NCBI RefSeq assembly: GCF_000012905.2
Contig: NC_007493.2
Location: 90,001-122,000 of the forward strand
Direction: 5' to 3'
DNA length: 32,000 nucleotides
Source of the DNA: Cereibacter sphaeroides 2.4.1
GTDB lineage: Bacteria > Pseudomonadota > Alphaproteobacteria > Rhodobacterales > Rhodobacteraceae
This document shows positions 8,874 through 17,419 of this stretch, one piece after another (position 1 is the stretch's first letter; each line of letters begins with the position of its first letter). The notes beneath the pieces are model-generated. The model was given only the letters and a program-made list of their open reading frames with translations. It did not search any database and was not told the origin of the DNA. The position numbers and the translations under genes are program-made.

Positions 8874-9286
8874 TGGCCTGCTGGCTGTTCAAGTCCGAAC
8901 CCGACGCCTGGTCCTGGGATCAGCAGGTGGCGAAGGGCGCCGAAGGCGAGGAATGGACGGGCGTGCGCAACTATCAGGCGCGCAATCACATGCGGGCGAT
9001 GCAGCTCGGCGACCGCGGCTTCTTCTACCATTCCAACATCGGCAAGGAGGTGGTGGGGATCGTCGAGGTCTGCGGCCTCTCCGCGCCCGATTCCACCGCC
9101 GACGATCCGCGCTGGGACTGCGTGACGGTCCGCGCGGTCGAGCCGCTGCCGAAGCCCGTGACGCTCGAGGCGATCAAGGCCGAGCCGCGGCTGGCCGGGA
9201 TGGTGCTCGTGACCAACTCCCGCCTCTCGGTCCAGCCGGTGAGCGAGGCGGAATGGCGCACGATCTGCGAGATGGGCGGTCTCTGA
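8873..9286 (+). CDS. EVE (PUA-like) domain protein
   Basis: Start taken at ATG 8873 ([16 protein letters not shown]...), overlapping the yciI stop as TGATG. EVE hallmarks: [38 protein letters not shown]. Confidence 0.8.
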   Translation: MACWLFKSEPDAWSWDQQVAKGAEGEEWTGVRNYQARNHMRAMQLGDRGFFYHSNIGKEVVGIVEVCGLSAPDSTADDPRWDCVTVRAVEPLPKPVTLEAIKAEPRLAGMVLVTNSRLSVQPVSEAEWRTICEMGGL

Positions 9287-9303
9287 GGCGATCGGTAACG
9301 GAA

Positions 9304-9336
9304 ATGGAGGATCCCACCCCAGCAGGGACCCTCCAT
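9304..9336 (+). terminator. stem-loop after the tsaD-gpsA-yciI-EVE operon (no U-tract)
   Basis: ATGGAGGATCCC / GGGACCCTCCAT forms a 12-position stem with one mismatch and a 9-nt loop, 18 nt after the EVE stop. No T-run follows, so it is not a canonical intrinsic terminator. Confidence 0.35.
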
Positions 9337-9593
9337 CCACCCCACATGCGCCCACCCGGCCCTCATGTGTCCTGAACAGTCCCCGGGGCATCCTGCCCGC
9401 AAGGGACAAGCTAGCCCGACTCGCAGGCCGGGCGCAAAGGCCAAGCTCCAGGCATTCGACTCGAATGCCCCCGAGCGCGCCGCACCCCCATCCGCTCAAA
9501 AGGGATATTTCTCCCCCTGCGACCACGCCCGATCTGGCAGAGGCGCGCAGTGCAGGGGATAGTGCCGCGACAGTTCCAAGGAGGAGCGGCGGC

Positions 9594-10799
<1,206 letters not shown>

Positions 10800-10906
10800 C
10801 GCGGCGCCCGCTTTCACTCTGCCCAAATATCCCGCGGGGGAGTCCGGCCCCCCGGGGCCGGGCGGGGGGCGCGCAGCCCCCCCTCCTGCCGCCGCGCCGA
10901 CCTCAG

Positions 10907-10937
10907 CAGAAAGGGCCGCCGGTTTCCCGACGGCCCC
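10907..10937 (-). terminator. probable intrinsic terminator of ahcY
   Basis: GGGCCGCCGG-TTTC-CCGACGGCCC forms a hairpin of 10 positions with 1 mismatch. On the minus strand it is followed by TTTCT, and it lies 21 nt after the ahcY stop in the convergent gap with the TrpB-like gene. Confidence 0.5.
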
Positions 10938-10957
10938 TTCCGAACCCGCGACCGCGG

Positions 10958-12349
10958 TCAGTAGCGGTAATGCTCGGCCTTGAACGGCCCCTCGACCTTC
11001 ACGCCGATATAGTCGGCCTGCTCGGGGCGCAGCTCGGTCAGTTTCACGCCGATCTTCTTCAGATGCAGCCGCGCCACCTTCTCGTCGAGCGCCTTGGGCA
11101 GGATATAGACGCCCGGCTGGTAGTCCGCGCCCTTGGTCCAGAGCTCGATCTGCGCCAGCACCTGGTTGGTGAAGGAGGCCGACATCACGAAGGACGGGTG
11201 GCCGGTTGCATTGCCGAGATTCAGGAGCCGCCCCTCGGACAGCAGGATGATCCGGCTGCCCGAGGGCATCTCGATCATGTCCACCTGGTCCTTGATGTTG
11301 GTCCATTTGTGGTTCTTCAGCGCGGCGACCTGGATCTCATTGTCGAAATGGCCGATGTTGCCGACGATCGCCATGTCCTTCATCTCGCGCATGTGCTCGA
11401 TGCGGATCACGTCGCGGTTGCCGGTGGTGGTGATGAAGATGTCGGCGTCCTGCACCACATCCTCGAGCACCACGACCTCGAACCCGTCCATGGCCGCCTG
11501 CAGCGCGCAGATCGGATCGACTTCGGTCACCTTCACGCGGGCGCCGGCGCCCCGCAGGCTGGCGGCCGAGCCCTTGCCCACGTCGCCATAGCCGCAGACC
11601 ACGGCGACCTTGCCCGCCATCATCACGTCGGTCGCGCGGCGGATGCCGTCCACGAGCGATTCCTTGCAGCCGTACTTGTTGTCGAACTTCGACTTGGTGA
11701 CGCTGTCGTTCACGTTGATCGCCGGGAAGGGCAGCAGGCCCTTCTTGTGCAGGTCGTAGAGGCGGTGGACGCCCGTGGTGGTCTCTTCCGAGACGCCCTT
11801 GATCGCGTCGCGCTGCTTCGTGAACCAGCCGGGCGTCTCGGCCATTCGCTTGCGGATCTGGTTGAAGAGGCAGACCTCCTCATCCGACTGCGGCACGGCG
11901 ATGAGGTCGGTCTCGCCCGCCTCGACCCGCGCGCCGAGCAGGATGTAGAGCGTGGCGTCCCCGCCGTCGTCGAGGATCATGTTGCAGGTGCCGTCGGCGA
12001 ACTGGAAGATCTTGTCGGTATAGGCCCAGTAGTCCTCGAGCGTCTCGCCCTTGATCGCGAAGACCGGAACGCCCGAGGCGGCGATGGCGGCCGCCGCATG
12101 GTCCTGGGTCGAGAAGATGTTGCACGAGGCCCAGCGGACATCGGCGCCGAGCGCCACCAGCGTCTCGATCAGCACCGCGGTCTGGACGGTCATGTGCAGC
12201 GAGCCCGCGATGCGCGCCCCCTTGAGGGGTTTGGAGGCGCCGAACTCCTCGCGCAGAGCCATCAGGCCCGGCATCTCGGTTTCGGCGATGTCCAGTTCCT
12301 TGCGCCCGAAGTCGGCGAGCGATAGATCCTTGACGATGAAATCGGCCAT
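10958..12349 (-). CDS. ahcY: adenosylhomocysteinase (S-adenosyl-L-homocysteine hydrolase)
   Basis: Start at ATG 12349 ([30 protein letters not shown]...), 463 aa. NAD-binding [10 protein letters not shown] motif. AGGAG lies 8 nt upstream of the ATG. Confidence 0.95.
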   Translation of the reverse strand: MADFIVKDLSLADFGRKELDIAETEMPGLMALREEFGASKPLKGARIAGSLHMTVQTAVLIETLVALGADVRWASCNIFSTQDHAAAAIAASGVPVFAIKGETLEDYWAYTDKIFQFADGTCNMILDDGGDATLYILLGARVEAGETDLIAVPQSDEEVCLFNQIRKRMAETPGWFTKQRDAIKGVSEETTTGVHRLYDLHKKGLLPFPAINVNDSVTKSKFDNKYGCKESLVDGIRRATDVMMAGKVAVVCGYGDVGKGSAASLRGAGARVKVTEVDPICALQAAMDGFEVVVLEDVVQDADIFITTTGNRDVIRIEHMREMKDMAIVGNIGHFDNEIQVAALKNHKWTNIKDQVDMIEMPSGSRIILLSEGRLLNLGNATGHPSFVMSASFTNQVLAQIELWTKGADYQPGVYILPKALDEKVARLHLKKIGVKLTELRPEQADYIGVKVEGPFKAEHYRY

Positions 12350-12402
12350 GGGCTTTCGGCTCCTGATCACTAAATCGGCCCTGCCTTAGCATCGACGCAG
12401 GA

Positions 12403-12443
12403 TCGGAGCAATCCGCGCGCCCTGCGGCTTTCGAAGCAATCCG
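12403..12443. promoter_or_regulatory. 13-nt direct repeat pair in the divergent ahcY / GT8 control region
   Basis: TCGGAGCAATCCG (12403-12415) and TCGAAGCAATCCG (12431-12443) match at 12 of 13 positions with a 28-nt period, inside a 116-nt intergenic region. Confidence 0.4.
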
Positions 12444-12465
12444 GGCCAGAGAGGAATGGGCAATC

Positions 12466-13428
12466 GTGGGGATGACTGTGGAGGCGTCGCGTCCGGCGCG
12501 GTCCCGGCAGGCGGTGATCTTCTGCTACAACGCGGGCTATCTGCCCTTCGCGCTCCATGCCGCCGAGCGGATCGACCGGCTGACGCCCGGACGCGCCTTC
12601 GACATCTGCATCTGCCATGGCGAAGAGCCGATCCTTGTCCCGGACAGCCTCTCGCGGCTCGACGTCCGGCTGATCCGGATCGACACCACCGGCGTCTTCA
12701 CCGGGCTGCGGCTCGATCCGGGGCGGACCCACGATGTCTATCTGCGGCTTGCGCTGCCGCAGGCATTGGCCGCCGACTATGACCGGATCCTGTATCTCGA
12801 CGCCGACATTTTCGTGCAGGGCGGCGATTTCACCGCACTCCTCGGTCTCGACCTCGGAAATCATCCGCTGGGCGCCGTCCGTGACAATATCCAATGGCGC
12901 ACGCCCGAGCGCCGCGCCGAACAGTTCCGCCGGCTCGGCATCCCGGCGGCTCCCTATTTCAATGCCGGCCTCCTCTTGATGGATGTGGCGCGCTACAACG
13001 AAATGAACCTCCTCGACCGGTGTGTCGAACTCGGTCGGCGCGAGGCCTCCCGGATGATCCGGCACGACCAGAACCTTTACAATGCCGTCCTCCGCGGCGA
13101 TTGGGCCGAACTCAGCCCGATGTGGAACTGGCAATATTCCTGGTCGGCGCGCCTGTTCGAGGCGATGCGCTATCCGCATATCGTTCACTTCATCGGGACG
13201 CTGAAACCCTGGGCGGATCGGAAAGGCCACTATTCGCCGCGGTTCGCCCAAAGCTACGACCGGTTCATCGCCGATCACTTCCCGGACCGGCCGCGCAATC
13301 CGGTGAGCGGCGGGCTCTCGCCCGATTCACGCATGATGCGAAGGATGCTGGTGAAGCATTTCCTGTCGTCGTCAAAACTTGCGCGTTATCTGGACCGCTT
13401 TCCGTCCGACCTGACGGTGATCCGGTGA
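12466..13428 (+). CDS. glycosyltransferase family 8 protein
   Basis: 320 aa (GTG 12466; alternative ATG 12472). GT8 pattern: NAGYLPFA, DxD in YLDADIFV, FNAGLLLMD, DQNLYN. Hand-counted GC of three 60-nt lines is 58-63 percent, below the neighbouring genes. Confidence 0.8.
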   Translation: MGMTVEASRPARSRQAVIFCYNAGYLPFALHAAERIDRLTPGRAFDICICHGEEPILVPDSLSRLDVRLIRIDTTGVFTGLRLDPGRTHDVYLRLALPQALAADYDRILYLDADIFVQGGDFTALLGLDLGNHPLGAVRDNIQWRTPERRAEQFRRLGIPAAPYFNAGLLLMDVARYNEMNLLDRCVELGRREASRMIRHDQNLYNAVLRGDWAELSPMWNWQYSWSARLFEAMRYPHIVHFIGTLKPWADRKGHYSPRFAQSYDRFIADHFPDRPRNPVSGGLSPDSRMMRRMLVKHFLSSSKLARYLDRFPSDLTVIR

Positions 13429-14009
13429 AACGGGCCTGGCAGCGGATGCTTTCGGGGCGGCGGCTCGATCTGCTCGACCCGACGCCCGTGGACATCGAGA
13501 TCGAGGACATCGCCCACGGTCTGGCCTTCGTGGCGCGCTGGAACGGGCAGACCCGCGGGGACTTCGCCTTTTCCGTGGCCGAACATTCGCTGCTGGTCGA
13601 GGAGATCCTGGGGCGCTGTCAACCCAGGGTTCAGACGCGCTGGCGGCTCGCCGCGCTGCTGCACGATGCGCCGGAATATGTCATCGGAGACATGATCAGC
13701 CCGGTGAAGGACGCCATCGGCGCGCAATACGGCGATCTGGACGCGCGGCTCACGGCGGCCATCCACCTCCGGTTCGGATTGCCCGCGCAATTGCCGCTTC
13801 AGGTGAAGCGCGACATCAAGAAGGCGGATCGGATCTCGGCCTGGCTCGAAGCGGTGCAGATCGCGGGATTTACCGAGGCCGAGGCAACGCGCTTCTTCGG
13901 TCGGCCGGCCGAAGCCGTTCTCGACGGGCTGGAAATCCGCCTGAGGCCGCCGGTTGAGGTGCGGGCGGCCTATACCGCCCGGCACCAGGAGCTTCTGTCG
14001 GCGCTCTAG
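13425..14009 (+). CDS. HD-domain phosphohydrolase (YfbR-like)
   Basis: GTG 13425 overlaps the GT8 stop (GTGA) and gives VKRAWQRMLSGRRLDLLDP... The next ATG is 13446. HD motif in LLHDAPEYVIGD, with an upstream His in SVAEHSL. Confidence 0.75.
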   Translation: MKRAWQRMLSGRRLDLLDPTPVDIEIEDIAHGLAFVARWNGQTRGDFAFSVAEHSLLVEEILGRCQPRVQTRWRLAALLHDAPEYVIGDMISPVKDAIGAQYGDLDARLTAAIHLRFGLPAQLPLQVKRDIKKADRISAWLEAVQIAGFTEAEATRFFGRPAEAVLDGLEIRLRPPVEVRAAYTARHQELLSAL

Positions 14010-14020
14010 CGCGCCCGACG

Positions 14021-14335
14021 TCAGATCGCCATGCTCTCGGCGGGCTTCCCCGACTTGATCGCAGCCTCGAACCAGCGCGGCTTGCGCCCGCGGCCGGACC
14101 AGGTATCCGAAGGGTTTTCAGGATTGGCGTATTTCGGTTGAGCGGCGGCGCGCCGTTTGGTCGCTGCGGTTCCCGTCAGTTCCGAAAGGGAGAAGCCGAG
14201 TTCACGGGCCTTTTCTTCCAGTTCGGCCAGCGCGTCCCGCTTCCGGCGGTCCTCGTAGGTCGAGATCGCTTTTGCCACCTGGGCCTGAAGCGACTTCAGT
14301 TCCTTGAGGCTCATGGAGTCGAGATCGATATCCAT
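14021..14335 (-). CDS. spb: H-NS-like nucleoid/transcription protein (Spb / HvrA type)
   Basis: 104 aa with an N-terminal coiled-coil oligomerisation region and the C-terminal H-NS DNA-binding motif TWSGRGRKPRW. It lies downstream of prrA, as hvrA does relative to regA in R. capsulatus. Confidence 0.85.
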   Translation of the reverse strand: MDIDLDSMSLKELKSLQAQVAKAISTYEDRRKRDALAELEEKARELGFSLSELTGTAATKRRAAAQPKYANPENPSDTWSGRGRKPRWFEAAIKSGKPAESMAI

Positions 14336-14372
14336 TCATTCTTCCCGTTAAAACGAACTATCCCCCAATTCA

Positions 14373-14390
14373 TTTTACGGTTTCGTAAAA
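14373..14390. promoter_or_regulatory. perfect palindrome TTTTACG-GTTT-CGTAAAA in the AT-rich spb upstream region
   Basis: 7-4-7 inverted repeat 38-55 nt upstream of the spb ATG. The surrounding 120 nt (14341-14460) is about 42 percent GC by hand count, the lowest in the window. Confidence 0.4.
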
Positions 14391-14518
14391 AGGTCAATCC
14401 GGTCGCTTGAGAAATTCCGCATTTATCCGTCTGTCGATCGAGGAATTTTAGGGATCCATTGCACTTTCGGGTAGTCGAATGCCCTTTGCCGATGCCGGCC
14501 CCCCTCCGCCTGCCAATG

Positions 14519-14547
14519 AAAAAGGCGGCAGGCCCTCGGCCGCCGCC
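14519..14547 (-). terminator. intrinsic terminator after prrA
   Basis: On the minus strand GGCGGCGGCC-GAG-GGCCTGCCGCC forms a 10-bp stem with one bulge, followed directly by TTTTT, 24 nt after the prrA stop. Confidence 0.7.
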
Positions 14548-14570
14548 CTCGTTCCGCCGGTGCGACTGGT

Positions 14571-15125
14571 TCAGCGCGGGCTGCGCTTCGCCAGGATGCG
14601 CTGCAGCGTCCGCCGGTGCATGTTGAGCCTCCGGGCGGTCTCCGAGACATTGCGGTCGCACATTTCGTAGATTCGCTGGATGTGCTCCCACCGCACGCGG
14701 TCGGCCGACATCGGATTTTCCGGCGGCGGCGGCAGGCTCTCGCCCTTGGCCAGCAGCGCGTGCGTCACCTCGTTGGCGTCGGCGGGCTTGGACAGGTAGT
14801 CCGTGGCGCCGATCTTCACGGCGGCGACCGCCGTCGCAATGGCGCCGTAGCCCGTCAGCACCACGATGCGGCAATCGGGCCGGCGCTCGCGCAGCACCTC
14901 GACCACGTCGAGCCCGTTGCCGTCCTCGAGCCGCAGGTCCACCACTGCATAGGCCGGCGGGCGCGCCTGGGCGATCGCCTTGCCTTCCGCGACGCTCTGT
15001 GCCGTTTCGAGAACGAAACCCCGCTTCTCCATCGCCTTGGCAAGCCGCTTCAGGAAGGGCTCGTCATCGTCCACGAGAAGCAGGGACCTGTCGGCCCCGA
15101 GTTCGAATACCAGATCCTCAGCCAT
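14571..15125 (-). CDS. prrA: redox response regulator PrrA (RegA)
   Basis: Start at ATG 15125 (MAEDLVFELGADRSLLLVDDD...), 184 aa. Receiver domain with phospho-acceptor context VVDLRLEDG and C-terminal HTH NVSETARRLNMHRRTLQRIL. The sequence matches what I recall for R. sphaeroides PrrA. Confidence 0.95.
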   Translation of the reverse strand: MAEDLVFELGADRSLLLVDDDEPFLKRLAKAMEKRGFVLETAQSVAEGKAIAQARPPAYAVVDLRLEDGNGLDVVEVLRERRPDCRIVVLTGYGAIATAVAAVKIGATDYLSKPADANEVTHALLAKGESLPPPPENPMSADRVRWEHIQRIYEMCDRNVSETARRLNMHRRTLQRILAKRSPR

Positions 15126-15813
15126 GATTGTCGCCCATCTGCTTTCCCCTGGATGCTTGATAGGACTTCTGCGCCCGAGCGTCAAAGGAAGTTGACACAT
15201 GGCTGTCATTCGCGAAGCACGAAATTCGCTCGGCGATCTGTTCGGGCGTGTCTTCGCGCTTGAAGAAGTCGACGAAGCCCGTGCCGGGCAGCATGAAGTA
15301 GGTGAAGGTCGAATGGTCGATGAGGTAATAGTCGTCGTCGGACTCCTGCACCCGGTAGAAGGTCTTGTAGGCCTGTGAGGCGGCCTTCACCTGGGCCTCG
15401 GTGCCGGTCAGCGCGATCGTGTCGGGATGGATCGCCTCGGCGAAGAACTTCAGCTGTTCGGGCGTGTCGCGCTTGGGATCGATCGAGATGAAGACCGGCG
15501 TGACCTCGATGCCCCATTCCGTCAGGATGTCCACGGCCTGCGCATTGCGCGCCATGTCGAAGGGGCAGACGTCGGGGCAGAAGGTATAGCCGAAATAGAC
15601 GAGCGAGGGCTTTGCCAGAACCTCGCGGTCGGTCACGGTGCGGCCCTCCTGATCGACCAGCGTGAAGGGCCCGCCGATGGCGCCGCCCGCCACCTGATTG
15701 GCGCCGCAACCGGCGAACCGCTCTTCGGATCTGCCGAGGAAGACCCACGCCGCCGAGCCCGCAAGAAGTGCTGCGATGGCCGCCGCCGCGACCCCGGCAT
15801 AGAGCTTCGTCAT
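15118..15813 (-). CDS. prrC: SCO1/SenC-family copper chaperone / thiol-disulfide protein PrrC
   Basis: Start at ATG 15813 (MTKLYAGVAAAAIAALLAG...) with SD AGGAGGA upstream, 231 aa. N-terminal TM anchor and the CPDVCP motif. The stop overlaps the prrA start by 8 nt. Confidence 0.9.
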   Translation of the reverse strand: MTKLYAGVAAAAIAALLAGSAAWVFLGRSEERFAGCGANQVAGGAIGGPFTLVDQEGRTVTDREVLAKPSLVYFGYTFCPDVCPFDMARNAQAVDILTEWGIEVTPVFISIDPKRDTPEQLKFFAEAIHPDTIALTGTEAQVKAASQAYKTFYRVQESDDDYYLIDHSTFTYFMLPGTGFVDFFKREDTPEQIAERISCFANDSHVSTSFDARAQKSYQASRGKQMGDNHG

Positions 15814-15833
15814 CAGATGATCCTCCTGCTTGC

Positions 15834-15865
15834 GGTTGCCGATTGATCCCGCGGGCACGGCAACC
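15834..15865. promoter_or_regulatory. nested inverted repeat in the prrC / prrB divergent region
   Basis: GGTTGCCG (15834-15841) and CGGCAACC (15858-15865) are a perfect 8-bp inverted repeat. The 16-nt spacer contains the palindrome CCCGCGGG. The element lies 6 nt upstream of the prrC SD and 40-71 nt upstream of the prrB ATG. Confidence 0.4.
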
Positions 15866-15904
15866 TAACAAGGTTCCGATACAGGCAAAGTGACATGAGC
15901 TGCA

Positions 15905-17293
15905 ATGATACTCGGTCCCGACGGCATTCTGAACCGTGACACCCGCGGCGACTGGGTGCGACTGCGCACCCTGATCCTCCTGCGCTGGATGGCGGTGGCG
16001 GGGCAGCTCGCCGCCATCGTCGTGACCGACTGGTATCTGGGGGTCCGCCTGCCGATGGGGCTCTGCTTCATGGCCGTCGGCGCCTCGGTCATCGCGAACG
16101 TGATCGCGACCTTCGTCTTCCCGCAGAACCGCCGCCTGACCGAGTTCCAGGCGCTGATGATCCTGCTCTTCGACCTTACGCAGCTGTCGTTCCTGCTGTT
16201 CCTGACCGGGGGGCTCACCAACCCGTTCGCGCTGCTGATCCTCGCGCCCGTCACCATCTCGGCGCTCGCGCTCGAGCTGCGCACGACCGTCATTCTCGGG
16301 GCCATCGCGATCGGTCTGCTGACCTTCACGGCCTATTTCCACCTGCCGCTGATCCTCGCCGACGGGTCGAGCCTGTCCGTCCCGCGCATGTTCGAATTCG
16401 GCTTCTGGCTCGCCATCGTCATCGGCATCCTGTTCCTCGGCCTCTATTCCCGGCGCGTCGCCATCGAGATCCGTTCGATGTCGGATGCGCTTCTGGCCAC
16501 GCAGATGGCGCTCGACCGCGAGCAGAAGCTGACGGATCTGGGTGGGGTGGTGGCCGCGGCCGCGCACGAGCTCGGCACGCCGCTGGCCACGATCAAGCTG
16601 GTGAGCTCGGAGCTTGCCGAGGAGCTTTCCGAGCAGCCCGCGCTGCGCGACGATGCGGAGCTGATCCGCGAGCAGGCCGACCGCTGCCGCGACATCCTCC
16701 GCTCGATGGGCCGGGCCGGGAAGGACGATCTTCAGATGCGGCAGGCGCCCTTGGGCGAGGTGCTGCGCGAGGCCGCCGAGCCCCATGTCGGGCGCGGCAA
16801 GCGGGTCGAGTTCGACCTCTACCCCAGCCGCGGCGGCGACGAGCGCCAGCCGGTGATCCTGCGCCGTCCCGAGGTGATCCACGGGCTGCGCAACCTCATT
16901 CAGAATGCCGTCGATTTCGCCCGCTCCACGGTCTGGATCGACGGCGAATGGACGGGAGACCGGATCGCGATCCGGATTGTGGACGATGGCGAGGGCTATC
17001 CGCCCGCGATCATCGGCCGCATCGGCGATCCCTTCGTGCGGCAGCGCCGCGCCGAGGAAAGCCAGTCGCGCCGGCCGGGCTATGAGGGCATGGGCCTCGG
17101 GCTCTTCATCGCCAAGACGCTTCTGGAGCGGTCCGGTGCCGAACTGAGCTTTGCCAATGCCGCCGATCCGTTCCTGCGGAGCCACGAGCGGCCCGAACGC
17201 TGCGGCGCCATCGTCGAGGTGATCTGGCCGGTCGACAGGCTGGTGGTGGTCCGCAACGCGCCCTTGGGCGAGAACGTCCTGATCCAGACCTGA
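15905..17293 (+). CDS. prrB: redox sensor histidine kinase PrrB (RegB)
   Basis: 462 aa with multiple N-terminal TM helices, H-box AAHELGTPLA and the redox-box Cys in ADRCRDIL. The C-terminal ATP-binding region carries NLIQNAVDF and GMGLGLFIA. Confidence 0.95.
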   Translation: MILGPDGILNRDTRGDWVRLRTLILLRWMAVAGQLAAIVVTDWYLGVRLPMGLCFMAVGASVIANVIATFVFPQNRRLTEFQALMILLFDLTQLSFLLFLTGGLTNPFALLILAPVTISALALELRTTVILGAIAIGLLTFTAYFHLPLILADGSSLSVPRMFEFGFWLAIVIGILFLGLYSRRVAIEIRSMSDALLATQMALDREQKLTDLGGVVAAAAHELGTPLATIKLVSSELAEELSEQPALRDDAELIREQADRCRDILRSMGRAGKDDLQMRQAPLGEVLREAAEPHVGRGKRVEFDLYPSRGGDERQPVILRRPEVIHGLRNLIQNAVDFARSTVWIDGEWTGDRIAIRIVDDGEGYPPAIIGRIGDPFVRQRRAEESQSRRPGYEGMGLGLFIAKTLLERSGAELSFANAADPFLRSHERPERCGAIVEVIWPVDRLVVVRNAPLGENVLIQT

Positions 17294-17419
17294 TCCGGCG
17301 CCGGATGCCGCGTCCGACCTTCCCGGGGGCGGCCGCCCCGGCATTCGGGCTCCATTAACGGCCCCTTAACCTTCCTCTCGGCAAGCTGTCCCGCAGGGCT
17401 TGCGACAGGGGAAGATCGG

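Noticed and set aside
9461-9470. 10-mer TCGAATGCCC shared between the TrpB-like leader (9461-9470) and the spb upstream region (14475-14484).
   Set aside because: Many 10-mer coincidences are expected by chance in 32 kb on two strands, and there is no extended similarity around the matches.
12350-12465. Possible SAH riboswitch in the ahcY 5' leader.
   Set aside because: I read the minus-strand leader by eye and found none of the conserved SAH-riboswitch core segments I remember. The element is mainly beta/gammaproteobacterial. An Infernal scan with RF01057 would settle it.
17293-17339. Two 14-nt perfect GC palindromes after prrB (ATCCGGCGCCGGAT at 17293-17306, GGGGCGGCCGCCCC at 17326-17339) as intrinsic terminators.
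   Set aside because: The effective stems are very short with minimal loops and no U-tract. They are more likely incidental GC palindromes, so prrB and the PAS gene may be co-transcribed.
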